Positions 8,423 through 17,514 are shown, counted from the first letter of the stretch. The stretch is DNA of 64,000 bases from an uncultured Rickettsiales bacterium (GCA_964450945.1 CAYVHI010000001.1:93316-157315); one strand, 5' to 3'. Notes: generated by a model from the sequence alone, not told the origin. Numbers and translations are program-made.

Positions 8423-9175
8423 CTATTTAAAATCTGTAAACACACCACGAATGATATTGTTTTTTATAACTTCCTCAAGGTTAAAATTTTCCTCAGCCCC
8501 GATTGCTTCATTAAAAGCATCATAAAGAGTAGAGCCAGTATATAGTTTATCAAGAAACAGATACTGGGCTTTATCCAGTAGATAAATTTCTGGCTTCAGC
8601 CGGGGGCGGGTGAAAAGCACGAAATCGCCACGATTATCCAAACTTACTTCATCCCCTTTTCTTTCTATATTGTTATTCCATAGTTTAAAAACCGGGAATT
8701 TAGCAGCAAACAGCCTTACATGCGGCGCAAACTCAAATTTTAGATTCATCATGTCTTCAGGTTTTATGCCTGCAAGGGCGGCGCTGTTAAAAATTTTTCC
8801 CTGGGCAGCAAGGGAGCTTTCTTGATAGAGCTTTTCAAATATAGAAAGTTCAATAAGCTCTGGGTTCTTATCAAAAAATTCCAGTGTCTCAAGAAACTCA
8901 GGGAAATCATGCCCGTAATCATCAAGGTTGCCGGAGCGGGAAGGATTGTTCCTTATGTAATGAAATGCCAGGGAAGAAAATTTTTCTCCAAGAATATTGG
9001 CAAGCGCCGCATAAGTTATGGCAAGGGCATTCTTCTGAACCGAGAAAGTGTTGTTACGGTATACATCAATCAGCGCCCGTGGTGCAAAGCCGTTCTCAGC
9101 GATTTCTGTTATCAGCAGTTCATCTTTTTCTTCACGGACAGCGGTGATGAAATTTTTTTGCAGGTTAGAAAGCAT
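8423..9175 (-). CDS. bufC: DUF2063-family protein (bufferin BufC-like partner of the MNIO enzyme)
   Basis: Motifs IDVYRNN and PSRSGNLDDYGHDFPEFL are typical of DUF2063. The start overlaps the stop of the DUF692 gene by 11 nt. Confidence 0.75.
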   Translation of the reverse strand: MLSNLQKNFITAVREEKDELLITEIAENGFAPRALIDVYRNNTFSVQKNALAITYAALANILGEKFSSLAFHYIRNNPSRSGNLDDYGHDFPEFLETLEFFDKNPELIELSIFEKLYQESSLAAQGKIFNSAALAGIKPEDMMNLKFEFAPHVRLFAAKFPVFKLWNNNIERKGDEVSLDNRGDFVLFTRPRLKPEIYLLDKAQYLFLDKLYTGSTLYDAFNEAIGAEENFNLEEVIKNNIIRGVFTDFK

Positions 9176-10031
9176 TGGCCACCTTTTTTTGCTCGCCGTT
9201 TAAGATTTTATCAATAACTTGCTGGGCTTTTTGTGCTTCCTCAATCAACACGTTTAGTTCAGGCACATCGGTATCCCATTCGATGATGGTTGGAATGCGG
9301 CCGAATTTCTCTATTGCTTCACCGTAAAGTTTCCACACATCGGGAAAAACCCTTTTTCCGTGGTCATCAATCAGTAATTTCTTTCCTTCAATATCAACTT
9401 CGGCATAACCGGCAAGGTGGATTTCATGCACATATTTTGCTGAGATATTATCTATATAATAAGAAGCATCCAGGCCATGATTTTTTGCCGTCACATAAAT
9501 ATTATTCACATCAAGCAGGATGCCGCAGCCGGTACGTTGGGCAATTGCCTGTAAAAATTCTGGTTCCGGGATGGTAGAAGATTTGAACTGTATATACGCA
9601 GAAGGATTCTCAATCAGAATCTGCCGCCGCAGGAACATCTGTGCCATATCTATATTCCTGCAAATAACATCCAAAGATTCTTCTGTATATGGCATTGGCA
9701 ACAAATCATTCAAATGCACACCTCCCGCAGCCCCCCATGAAAGATGTTCCGAAACAAATGTTGGGTCAAATCTGTTTATGAATTCTTTTATATTGTTTAA
9801 ATGCTCTTTACTTAAAAGGTCAGCTGATCCTAATGAAAGTCCAACGCCATGCGCGCTAAGTGGATAATTCTTTCTGATTTCTTCAAGCCGTGCAGCAGCG
9901 ATGCCGCCTTTGGCAAAGAAATTCTCGGTATGGACTTCAAGCAGTGGTAATTTAGGTTTTAATTCCAGTATATCCTGAAAATGCCGGTGCCTTAGGCCTA
10001 TACCAACATCTGTGGTATCTTTATCTAGCAT
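9165..10031 (-). CDS. bufB: DUF692 / MNIO (multinuclear non-heme iron oxidative) enzyme, BufB-like
   Basis: Collinear DUF692 motifs: GIGLRHRH, EVHTENFF, HGVGLSLGS, VSEHLSW, LIENPSAY, GCGILLDVNNIYV, IHLAGY, IIEWDTD. The start is moved to Met-19 (10031) because the upstream codons lie in a 14-bp-stem hairpin. Confidence 0.88.
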   Translation of the reverse strand: MLDKDTTDVGIGLRHRHFQDILELKPKLPLLEVHTENFFAKGGIAAARLEEIRKNYPLSAHGVGLSLGSADLLSKEHLNNIKEFINRFDPTFVSEHLSWGAAGGVHLNDLLPMPYTEESLDVICRNIDMAQMFLRRQILIENPSAYIQFKSSTIPEPEFLQAIAQRTGCGILLDVNNIYVTAKNHGLDASYYIDNISAKYVHEIHLAGYAEVDIEGKKLLIDDHGKRVFPDVWKLYGEAIEKFGRIPTIIEWDTDVPELNVLIEEAQKAQQVIDKILNGEQKKVANAF

Positions 10032-10041
10032 ATTTAAAATA

Positions 10042-10079
10042 ATAAAGGCTTTCCCGTAAATATCAGGGAAAGCCTTTAT
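10042..10079 (-). promoter_or_regulatory. intercistronic stem-loop between precursor and MNIO gene
   Basis: Perfect 14-bp stem ATAAAGGCTTTCCC / GGGAAAGCCTTTAT with a 10-nt loop. On the - strand it is followed by ATTATTTTAAAT. Confidence 0.6.
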
Positions 10080-10110
10080 TTGCAATATAAAGTCTAATAC
10101 AAAAAGCTAA

Positions 10111-10380
10111 TTAGCCTTTCTTTTCTTCTTTATCAGCAACTACTTTACCACCCTCTTTTTCGCATTCTGCTTTAGTTTTATGAACCCATTCGTCAGCAAC
10201 ATTATCCGCCTTAGCTTGGCCAGCGCAAGAATGAGAAGAGGTGGCACAATCATTCTTTCCAGCAGCTACTTTACCTGTAGCGCATTTAACTTTTGCATCT
10301 TCAGCAACCGCACCTGTTGCAAGTGAAAGGCCTAGAGCCAGAACACTCGCAGCAGCGAGGAACTTTCCAGTATTTTTCAT
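10111..10380 (-). CDS. bufA: DUF2282-type secreted Cys-containing RiPP precursor (bufferin BufA-like)
   Basis: Sec signal peptide (LATGAVA/ED), then VKCATGKVAAGKNDCATSSHSCAGQAKADN...AECEKEGG. It has four Cys in the DUF2282 pattern and sits directly upstream of DUF692. Confidence 0.82.
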   Translation of the reverse strand: MKNTGKFLAAASVLALGLSLATGAVAEDAKVKCATGKVAAGKNDCATSSHSCAGQAKADNVADEWVHKTKAECEKEGGKVVADKEEKKG

Positions 10381-10527
10381 ATATACTCCAAAAAATGTTT
10401 AAAGAACTCTTCATGTTTGGGAAATCCATTCATGAATTAGACAATGCTTTAGCTAAAATTTTTATAATTGTCATCTGGTTTTATAGAGATTAATAGTTTA
10501 CTAAAACAGATGGTCTTTAAAAAAGAA

Positions 10528-10564
10528 ACAGGCCCTTTATGGGAACTATCCTCTAAGGGCCTGT
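10528..10564 (-). terminator. intrinsic terminator of 10587-10799
   Basis: ACAGGCCCTT ... AAGGGCCTGT stem. On the - strand it is followed by TTCTTTTTTAAAG. Confidence 0.6.
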
Positions 10565-10586
10565 AACAATTAAAGAAAGCTAAAAA

Positions 10587-10799
10587 CTATTCAGCTTTTT
10601 CTTTTGTTTCTTCAGCTTTCTTTTCGCCGTCTTCAGCTTTTTCAGCTTTCTTTTCGCCTTCTTTTGCTTCTTCAGCTTTCTTTTCACCGTCTTCAGCTTT
10701 TTCAGCTTTCTTTTCTGCTTTTTCTGCAGCTACAGCGAAAGATCCTGTTCCAAGAATAAGTGCAAGTGCGCTCATGATTGCAATAAGTTTAGTTTTCAT
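10587..10799 (-). CDS. small secreted Lys/Ala/Glu-repeat protein
   Basis: Signal peptide followed by repeats of AEKAEDGEKKAEE. The DNA shows a 30-bp period repeated about 4 times (10611-10730). Confidence 0.55.
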   Translation of the reverse strand: MKTKLIAIMSALALILGTGSFAVAAEKAEKKAEKAEDGEKKAEEAKEGEKKAEKAEDGEKKAEETKEKAE

Positions 10800-11221
10800 A
10801 ATAACTCCAAAAGTTGTTTATAAGCTTCCTTAAAACTTTTTTGATTTAGGGAATCAGCGAGCTTCTATACAATTTATTTTTATTTGTCACGCTTATTTCC
10901 AAACAACCAGTCTTGTTGTATTTTTGCAACCATAGAATATCGGCTATGAATTAACTCACGTTGCCGTGCTATTTTTCGCGCCATATAGCTGTTGAATTGC
11001 CGTCCTAGGTTGTTTAAGAATATAATTATGTAACCTAAGGTTGTATCATTATGCGTCAATTCATTTCGCTCCTTTGTATATTAATAAGCCCTGTTGTGCT
11101 GCTGTTTATTTGCGCCCGGTTTATTTTCACGTCATTCAGGTGAATGTGGCGTAAATAAATTTATGCTGGAGTCTTGAGCGATTAGTTATTATATTCTGCC
11201 TTTTCCTTAAGATACAACCAA

Positions 11222-14200
11222 ATGGCAGAAGCAAAAAAATTAGAGATTGAGAGAAAGCCGAAGCACTATCCTGATGTGGATGGCAACCCTGATTTTGCGC
11301 GTTTGGAGGAAAAAATCCTCCAGTTCTGGCAAACCCACGGCACATTTGAAGAATCGGTAACAAAACGGGATAAATCGCCTGAATTCATTTTTTATGATGG
11401 CCCGCCATTTGCAAACGGCCTGCCGCATTATGGCCACCTGCTAACTGGTTATGTGAAAGATTTATTCGCCCGCTACCAGACAATGAAGGGCAAAAAGGTG
11501 GAGCGCCGGTTCGGGTGGGATTGCCACGGGCTTCCAGCAGAAATGGGCGTAGAAAAAGAAATCGGAATTGGCGGCAGGAAGGCAATTGAAGAATATGGCA
11601 TCGCAAAATTCAATGACCATTGCCGCACCTCGGTGATGAAATATACGAAAGAATGGGAATTTTATGTAAACCGCCAGGCGCGCTGGGTGGATTTCGAGAA
11701 TGATTATAAAACGATGGATTTATCTTACATGGAATCCGTCATGTGGGCATTCAAGCAGCTTCATGAAAAAGGCTATGTCTATGAAGATTTCCGCGTCATG
11801 CCTTATTCATGGGCGATGGAAACCCCAGTTTCCAACTTCGAAACCAAAATGGATAACGCCTACCGCGACCGCACAGATAAGGCTGTTTATGTTGCGTTTG
11901 AGTTGGATAAAATTCCCGAACAAGTATTGATAAATAAAGACCAAAAAATAGAAAAAGCCTTTCTTGTTGCGTGGACAACTACCCCCTGGACTTTACCCTC
12001 AAATTTAGCTCTTGGTGTAGCAAAGCCAGATTCGCATATAAAATATTCTGCTCATATTGTTGAAGGAAAATGTTTCATTTGCTCTGAAGAAAGTGGAAAA
12101 AAACTTTTCCCTAATCTTTATAAAGAAGAAAATTCGTATCTTAGAGACAATAGTATTAAAGTTTACAAAAATGTTATTGGTTCTACTAATTCATCAGGCT
12201 TTAGCTTGATAGATTCAACATACAAACCGCTGTTCCCATATTTCGAAAAATTAAAAGAGAAAGGTGCGTTTAAAATTTTAAGTGCGGATTTTATTGAGGA
12301 AGGCAGTGGCACCGGCGTGGTTCACCTGGCCCCTGGGTTTGGTGAGGATGACCAGCGCGTTTGTAAAGAAAATGGCATTGAACTCGTTTGCCCGGTGGAT
12401 GAAAAAGGCCGTTATACTTCGGAAATCTATGATCTTGATGATTTAAAACTACAAGGCCTTAATGTTGTGGCTGATAAAAATAAATCGCCTGATGAACCTT
12501 ATCGCCCAGAACAGCTTGAGAAATATGGTTTAGCAAATCTTCGTATTATTGATTGGCTAAAAAAACATGAAAAGCTTGCTGCTCCTCCTGAAGATATAAA
12601 ACACAGCTATCCGCATTGCTGGCGCACTGATACTCCGCTTATCTACCGCGCCGTTTCTTCGTGGTATGTTGAAGTCACGAAATTCAAAAACCGCATGGTG
12701 GAACTGAACCAGCAGAAAAACAGGATTCCAGAGCACGGGAAAGATGGCCGGTGTGGCAAAAGGCTGGAAGGCGCGCAAGATCGGAGCATTTCACACAACC
12801 GTTTCTGTCGCGCACCCATCCCCGTGTGGCGCAGTGATGACCCACAATACCATTGCGAAAAAGTTTTTGGATCACTACAAGAATTACAAAATTTCTTTAA
12901 CGTAACTCCGCAAGATTTACATCGCCCGAATATAGATAAACTGGTTGCTAAAAATCCTAATGATCCAACCGGAAAATCAATGCTCCGGCGCGTTACGGAT
13001 GTCCTTGACTGTTGGTTTGAATCTGGCTCCATGCCTTTTGCGCAGGTGCATTACCCGTTTGAAAACAAGGATTGGTTTGAGAATCATTTTCCGGCGGATT
13101 TCATCGTTGAATATGAAGCGCAAACGCGTGGCTGGTTTTATACGCTGATGGTGCTTGGTACTGCTCTCTTTGATAAGCCGCCATTTAAAAACGTTATCTG
13201 CCACGGCGTAGTGCTTGATGAAAACGGCGAAAAACTTTCCAAAAGCAAAGGCAACTATGTTGATCCGAAAGAGATCTTCAACCAATACGGCGCAGATAGT
13301 TTACGCTGGCTCATGCTTTCATCGCCAATCATGAACGGGCAGGAACTTTATATCGATAAGGATGGAAAATTCATCCGTGATGTTGTGCGCCTATATATAA
13401 AGCCGATTTGGAACGCTTATAACTTCTTCACGCTATATGCAAATGCTGATGGTATAAAGGCAGAGTTTGATACAAAATCAGAAAACCTGATGGATAAATA
13501 TATCATGGCGAAGCTCGCTGTCACCATAGATTCCATTGAGGCCGCGCTTGATGCCTTCGATACACCAAATGCCTACCGCGCCATTGAGCAGTTCTTTGAG
13601 GCACTGAACAACTGGTATATAAGGCGCAGCAAAAACCGTTTCTGGAAAGAAGAAAAAGATCAGGATAAGCAAACGGCATATAACACTTTATATACATGCC
13701 TGGTGTTGATGTGCCGTGCCGCTGCACCCCTTATTCCATTCATAACCGAAGAAATATTTAAGGGTTTAACCGGGCAAGAAAGTGTTCACTTGGCTGATTT
13801 TCCTGATACCTCGAGAATGGAGCGGAGTGACCAGATGGTGATTGTCATGGACCGTGTGCGTGATGTCTGCAACGCCGCGCTTGCCATCAGGAATGTCCAG
13901 AATATCCGCGTACGCCAGCCGCTCGCATCCATGAGCATTGTTGGCAATAACACAAAAGGGCTTATGCCGTTTGTTGAAATCATCAAGGAAGAAATCAACG
14001 TCAAGAAAGTTGAGTTTGAAGATGATGTAGCTGCTTATGCTGATTTTAAACTTCAAATAAATTTCCAGGTGCTTGGCAAGCGTTTGCCTGAAAAAATTAA
14101 GCAGATAATTCCTGCTTCAAAGAAGGGTGAGTGGAAAAAACTTGCTAATGGAAATATAGAAATCGTTGGTGAAGAATTGACCGAAGATGAATGTTTTATA

Positions 14201-14554
14201 CTTCTGGAACCAAAGGATAAAAAAGGTGCAGAGCCGCTTTCCACGCAGGATGCGCTGGTGGTTTTAGATTTAAATATAACTCCGGAACTTGAAAAAGAAG
14301 GCATAGCACGTGATATCGTGCGCATGATCCAGCAAGCGCGGAAAGATGCCAAATTGAATGTCTCCGACAAAATAAATTTATTCATTGAGGCTACAGGCGA
14401 TATAGGCGCAGCAGTTGATGAAAATCAAGATTATATAAAAGAGCAAACCCTTACTTCCTCACTCCGCATGGGCAATGCGGATAATTCTGATAAGAAATTT
14501 GAGAACGAACTCGACGGCAAAAAGATTGTTATCGGACTTAGCAAGGCATCATAA
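11222..14554 (+). CDS. ileS: isoleucine--tRNA ligase (type 2, eukaryote-like form)
   Basis: 1110 aa with HIGH (PHYGH) and KMSKS (KLSKSKGN) motifs. GWDCHGLPAE and TTTPWTLPSNLAL are typical of type 2 IleRS. Confidence 0.9.
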   Translation: MAEAKKLEIERKPKHYPDVDGNPDFARLEEKILQFWQTHGTFEESVTKRDKSPEFIFYDGPPFANGLPHYGHLLTGYVKDLFARYQTMKGKKVERRFGWDCHGLPAEMGVEKEIGIGGRKAIEEYGIAKFNDHCRTSVMKYTKEWEFYVNRQARWVDFENDYKTMDLSYMESVMWAFKQLHEKGYVYEDFRVMPYSWAMETPVSNFETKMDNAYRDRTDKAVYVAFELDKIPEQVLINKDQKIEKAFLVAWTTTPWTLPSNLALGVAKPDSHIKYSAHIVEGKCFICSEESGKKLFPNLYKEENSYLRDNSIKVYKNVIGSTNSSGFSLIDSTYKPLFPYFEKLKEKGAFKILSADFIEEGSGTGVVHLAPGFGEDDQRVCKENGIELVCPVDEKGRYTSEIYDLDDLKLQGLNVVADKNKSPDEPYRPEQLEKYGLANLRIIDWLKKHEKLAAPPEDIKHSYPHCWRTDTPLIYRAVSSWYVEVTKFKNRMVELNQQKNRIPEHGKDGRCGKRLEGAQDRSISHNRFCRAPIPVWRSDDPQYHCEKVFGSLQELQNFFNVTPQDLHRPNIDKLVAKNPNDPTGKSMLRRVTDVLDCWFESGSMPFAQVHYPFENKDWFENHFPADFIVEYEAQTRGWFYTLMVLGTALFDKPPFKNVICHGVVLDENGEKLSKSKGNYVDPKEIFNQYGADSLRWLMLSSPIMNGQELYIDKDGKFIRDVVRLYIKPIWNAYNFFTLYANADGIKAEFDTKSENLMDKYIMAKLAVTIDSIEAALDAFDTPNAYRAIEQFFEALNNWYIRRSKNRFWKEEKDQDKQTAYNTLYTCLVLMCRAAAPLIPFITEEIFKGLTGQESVHLADFPDTSRMERSDQMVIVMDRVRDVCNAALAIRNVQNIRVRQPLASMSIVGNNTKGLMPFVEIIKEEINVKKVEFEDDVAAYADFKLQINFQVLGKRLPEKIKQIIPASKKGEWKKLANGNIEIVGEELTEDECFILLEPKDKKGAEPLSTQDALVVLDLNITPELEKEGIARDIVRMIQQARKDAKLNVSDKINLFIEATGDIGAAVDENQDYIKEQTLTSSLRMGNADNSDKKFENELDGKKIVIGLSKAS

Positions 14555-14558
14555 AAAA

Positions 14559-15557
14559 ATGGCAAAGACAGTAAAAATAGCAGTTATTGGTGCAGGCGCA
14601 TGGGGTACTGCACTTTCCAAGGTTCTATCAGAAAATGGGCATGATGTAGCCCTGTGGTCTCGCAACACCGAAGTCATAAGCGAAATAAATAATAAAAATA
14701 AAAACTCCTCATATCTTCCTGATATTTTCTTGCCTAGGAATATTAATGCCACCCGTGATTTTAAGAATCTTGAAGGATCAGATGCGTTGTTTCTTGTTAC
14801 TCCTGCCCAGAATATAAGAATGCTCAGCAAGGCGCTGCAGGAAATCAAGCTCGGTAATATTCCCATCGTAATCTGCAGTAAGGGAATAGAACAGGAAACA
14901 CTTAAGCTTATGAGTGAAATTGTAAGCGAAATGTTGCCGGCAAATAAAATCGCGGTGCTTTCCGGCCCCAATTTCGCTGATGAGATTGCCCGCGGCCTGC
15001 CAGCTGCTTCCACTCTTGCATGCAAAGATAAGAAAAGCGGGGAAGATATAGTTGGCATGCTTAACAATAATAATTTCCGCATCTATTTGAGTGATGATGT
15101 CATTGGCGCTGAAATCGGCGGCGCGGTCAAGAACGTAATAGCCATTGCCTGCGGGATAGCGGTTGGCCGCAATCTTGGCGAGAATGCCCGGGCCGCACTT
15201 ATAACCCGTGGCCTGGCGGAAATCGCCCGTCTGGCGAAAGCTAAAGGTGGCAGGCCGGAAACTTTGATGGGTCTTGCAGGTATGGGCGATCTTGTCCTCA
15301 CCTGCTCAAGCCTAAAATCCCGCAATATGTCGTTGGGTTATGAGCTTGGCCAGGGAAAACCTTTGCAAGCAATACTGAAAAAACGCCAGGGCAAAGTTAC
15401 TGAAGGCCTCACTACCACCCACTCCGTTCAGGCCCTTGCCGCATCTTTGAAGGTGGAAATGCCAATAACCGAGACAGTTTATAATATCCTCTATAAAGAA
15501 CAAGATATTGATATTGCTATAAAATCACTTCTTGAAAGGCCAGTAAGGCCAGAATAA
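14559..15557 (+). CDS. gpsA: NAD(P)H-dependent glycerol-3-phosphate dehydrogenase
   Basis: The ATG at 14559 gives MAKTVKIAVIGAGAWGTAL (Rossmann fold). The GAVKNVIAIA motif is present. The track's upstream extension overlaps ileS. Confidence 0.9.
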   Translation: MAKTVKIAVIGAGAWGTALSKVLSENGHDVALWSRNTEVISEINNKNKNSSYLPDIFLPRNINATRDFKNLEGSDALFLVTPAQNIRMLSKALQEIKLGNIPIVICSKGIEQETLKLMSEIVSEMLPANKIAVLSGPNFADEIARGLPAASTLACKDKKSGEDIVGMLNNNNFRIYLSDDVIGAEIGGAVKNVIAIACGIAVGRNLGENARAALITRGLAEIARLAKAKGGRPETLMGLAGMGDLVLTCSSLKSRNMSLGYELGQGKPLQAILKKRQGKVTEGLTTTHSVQALAASLKVEMPITETVYNILYKEQDIDIAIKSLLERPVRPE

Positions 15558-15606
15558 CGGCCGAATTAACCAAGCATTAATATTTTTTATATATATTAAT
15601 AAATTA

Positions 15607-16320
15607 TTGGATGTCGTTATGTTAACATCAGAAGGATTCAAGCTGCCTGAAGATGATCCAGCTATATTAGCACTGGTTGCAGATATAAAAAATTTTTCAG
15701 GTAAGCTCGCTCCAAAAGGAGATGTAAGAACCCAGCTTTTTGAGCTCGGCGTTCCCGCAGATACATTTGCCATTATAGATGATCCGTTGCTTGATTATTT
15801 AAGATCAGCGCAAATCTCTATAGCCTCACTTTCCCACGAAATAAGGCAGACGGTTGCCATAAATTCATTAATTGGAAGCAGCCATGAAATAATTGTAATA
15901 AAAAAAAATATAGATGACCTTTATTTTCCCAGAGTTATGCAGATCTCTGTTTTCTTTAATCAAAAGGCGGTTGCCTGCGTAACTGACTTTGTTAAAGATG
16001 CTAATGGAAGGTTAATAAATGTATTGGAAAGTAGCCCAGCTCGTTTTGGTATTGATTTTGGCAAATTTGAGAAAGATCTTAAAGCAGAGGCTGATCATGC
16101 AATGCAGCTAGCAAAGAATGGTGGCGCACCTTTCGATAAAGATGCTTTTGCCACTGATTTTGTTATAGGCTACTTAAGGGATACTGGCATAGGCGCCGCC
16201 TTTAATGCATTGAATGGCACTGTTAATGAGTCGGTAACGATTTGTGGCAATATACTAAAAGCCTTTGTTCCGCTTGTTGAAAAAGCCGCCGGCGTCAATG
16301 CAGAAAGACGAATAACCTAA
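15607..16320 (+). CDS. hypothetical protein
   Basis: 237-aa ORF with a TTG start (alternative ATG at 15619). No family recognised. Confidence 0.45.
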   Translation: MDVVMLTSEGFKLPEDDPAILALVADIKNFSGKLAPKGDVRTQLFELGVPADTFAIIDDPLLDYLRSAQISIASLSHEIRQTVAINSLIGSSHEIIVIKKNIDDLYFPRVMQISVFFNQKAVACVTDFVKDANGRLINVLESSPARFGIDFGKFEKDLKAEADHAMQLAKNGGAPFDKDAFATDFVIGYLRDTGIGAAFNALNGTVNESVTICGNILKAFVPLVEKAAGVNAERRIT

Positions 16321-16337
16321 TTTTTTGTAGGATAAAA

Positions 16338-16790
16338 ATGGCCAAGGAGCTTGATAGAACAGATAAATTCACTCCACACGATATGCTGGCCGCAAGGCTT
16401 CTCGTTCGCAGCGCAGGGGTCTGGGATAAATATAAGCTAGACAGCGATTACTCTATCGCCTCCACAGCAAAAATCGATTTTTCTCCCATAGATGCTGGCT
16501 ACACTCCTGGTCAAGGCTTCATCCCTGCCCTCCGCCAGCTTTATAGCGATAAGATGGGTGCTCCTGCAAATTGCCAGCCGGAGAGTGCGGGTGTTAATAA
16601 TGCCGATATATACATATATATACACTATTCAGGCACACCTAATATCGAAGCTGAGGGCGGCGGAGGGTATGAGCGCATTGCCCACCTCACCGTCAGGATG
16701 AAAAATGAGGCGCGCAAGAAGATAGCCAGCCACATCATACTTGAAGAAAAAGATATTGATGTTAAAAAACATGGCAAAGGTTATGAATGA
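16338..16790 (+). CDS. hypothetical protein
   Basis: 150-aa ORF with a GGATAAAA-ATG context. No family recognised. Confidence 0.45.
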   Translation: MAKELDRTDKFTPHDMLAARLLVRSAGVWDKYKLDSDYSIASTAKIDFSPIDAGYTPGQGFIPALRQLYSDKMGAPANCQPESAGVNNADIYIYIHYSGTPNIEAEGGGGYERIAHLTVRMKNEARKKIASHIILEEKDIDVKKHGKGYE

Positions 16791-16821
16791 AAGAAATAGT
16801 TAGTTGGAATAAATAATCTCT

Positions 16822-17514
16822 ATGAGTTTTATTGATTTTTTAGGCATCGGTGCACAAAAAGCGGGAACCACCTGGCTTTATGAAAACCTCAAAGGCCACC
16901 CTGAAATATTCTTTCCTCCTGAAAAAGAAGTGCATTTCTGGGATATGTTCTATGAAAGAGGAGTTCCGTGGTACCAATCCCTCTTTGCCGGCAATATGGA
17001 TAAGGTTTGCGGCGAGATAACCCCGGCATATGCCATCCTGCCTTTGGAAAGGATAAAGGAAATAAAAGTCCTTAATTCAAGGCTTAAGATTATTTTTATC
17101 ATGCGTAACCCCATAGAAAGGGCGTGGTCGGCGGCACTGATGGAGCTCGAACGGGCAGGAATAAAATATGAAGAGGCTCCGGATGAATGGTTCATCAGGG
17201 AATTTACCTCCGAGGCATCTTTAAAACGCGGTGATTATGAAGCTTGCCTGAGAAACTGGCTAAAATATTTTCCGCGCAGGCAGATACTTTTGCTCAAATA
17301 TGAAGAAATAAAGACCAAACCTCTTGCTTTACTTAAAAAGGTTGCTGATCATCTTGGTGTTGATGAATCTTTCTTTGCCCGCTCTTCAAAAATAAATGAT
17401 GTTGTGTTTGCAGGAAAAAACTATCCCCTACGCCAAACTCTAAAACCCAAGCTTGAAGAATTATATAATAAAAAGATTGTTGATTTTGAGGGTTTCTTAA
17501 AAGAAATAGGGTGA
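16822..17514 (+). CDS. sulfotransferase-family protein
   Basis: N-terminal PAPS-binding-like motif GIGAQKAGTTWL, then IFIMRNPIERAWS, typical of sulfotransferase domains. Confidence 0.72.
   Translation: MSFIDFLGIGAQKAGTTWLYENLKGHPEIFFPPEKEVHFWDMFYERGVPWYQSLFAGNMDKVCGEITPAYAILPLERIKEIKVLNSRLKIIFIMRNPIERAWSAALMELERAGIKYEEAPDEWFIREFTSEASLKRGDYEACLRNWLKYFPRRQILLLKYEEIKTKPLALLKKVADHLGVDESFFARSSKINDVVFAGKNYPLRQTLKPKLEELYNKKIVDFEGFLKEIG

Noticed and set aside
11136-11363. 75-aa - strand ORF overlapping the ileS start, plus the 12643-13032 antisense ORFs.
   Set aside because: They overlap a strongly supported gene on the opposite strand and have no RBS or family resemblance.
14475-14558. Upstream extensions of gpsA (14475-14558) and of the porin (38129-38230) in the track.
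   Set aside because: The extensions overlap ileS or lie in promoter DNA. The internal Met gives the canonical Rossmann N-terminus for gpsA and a signal peptide for the porin.
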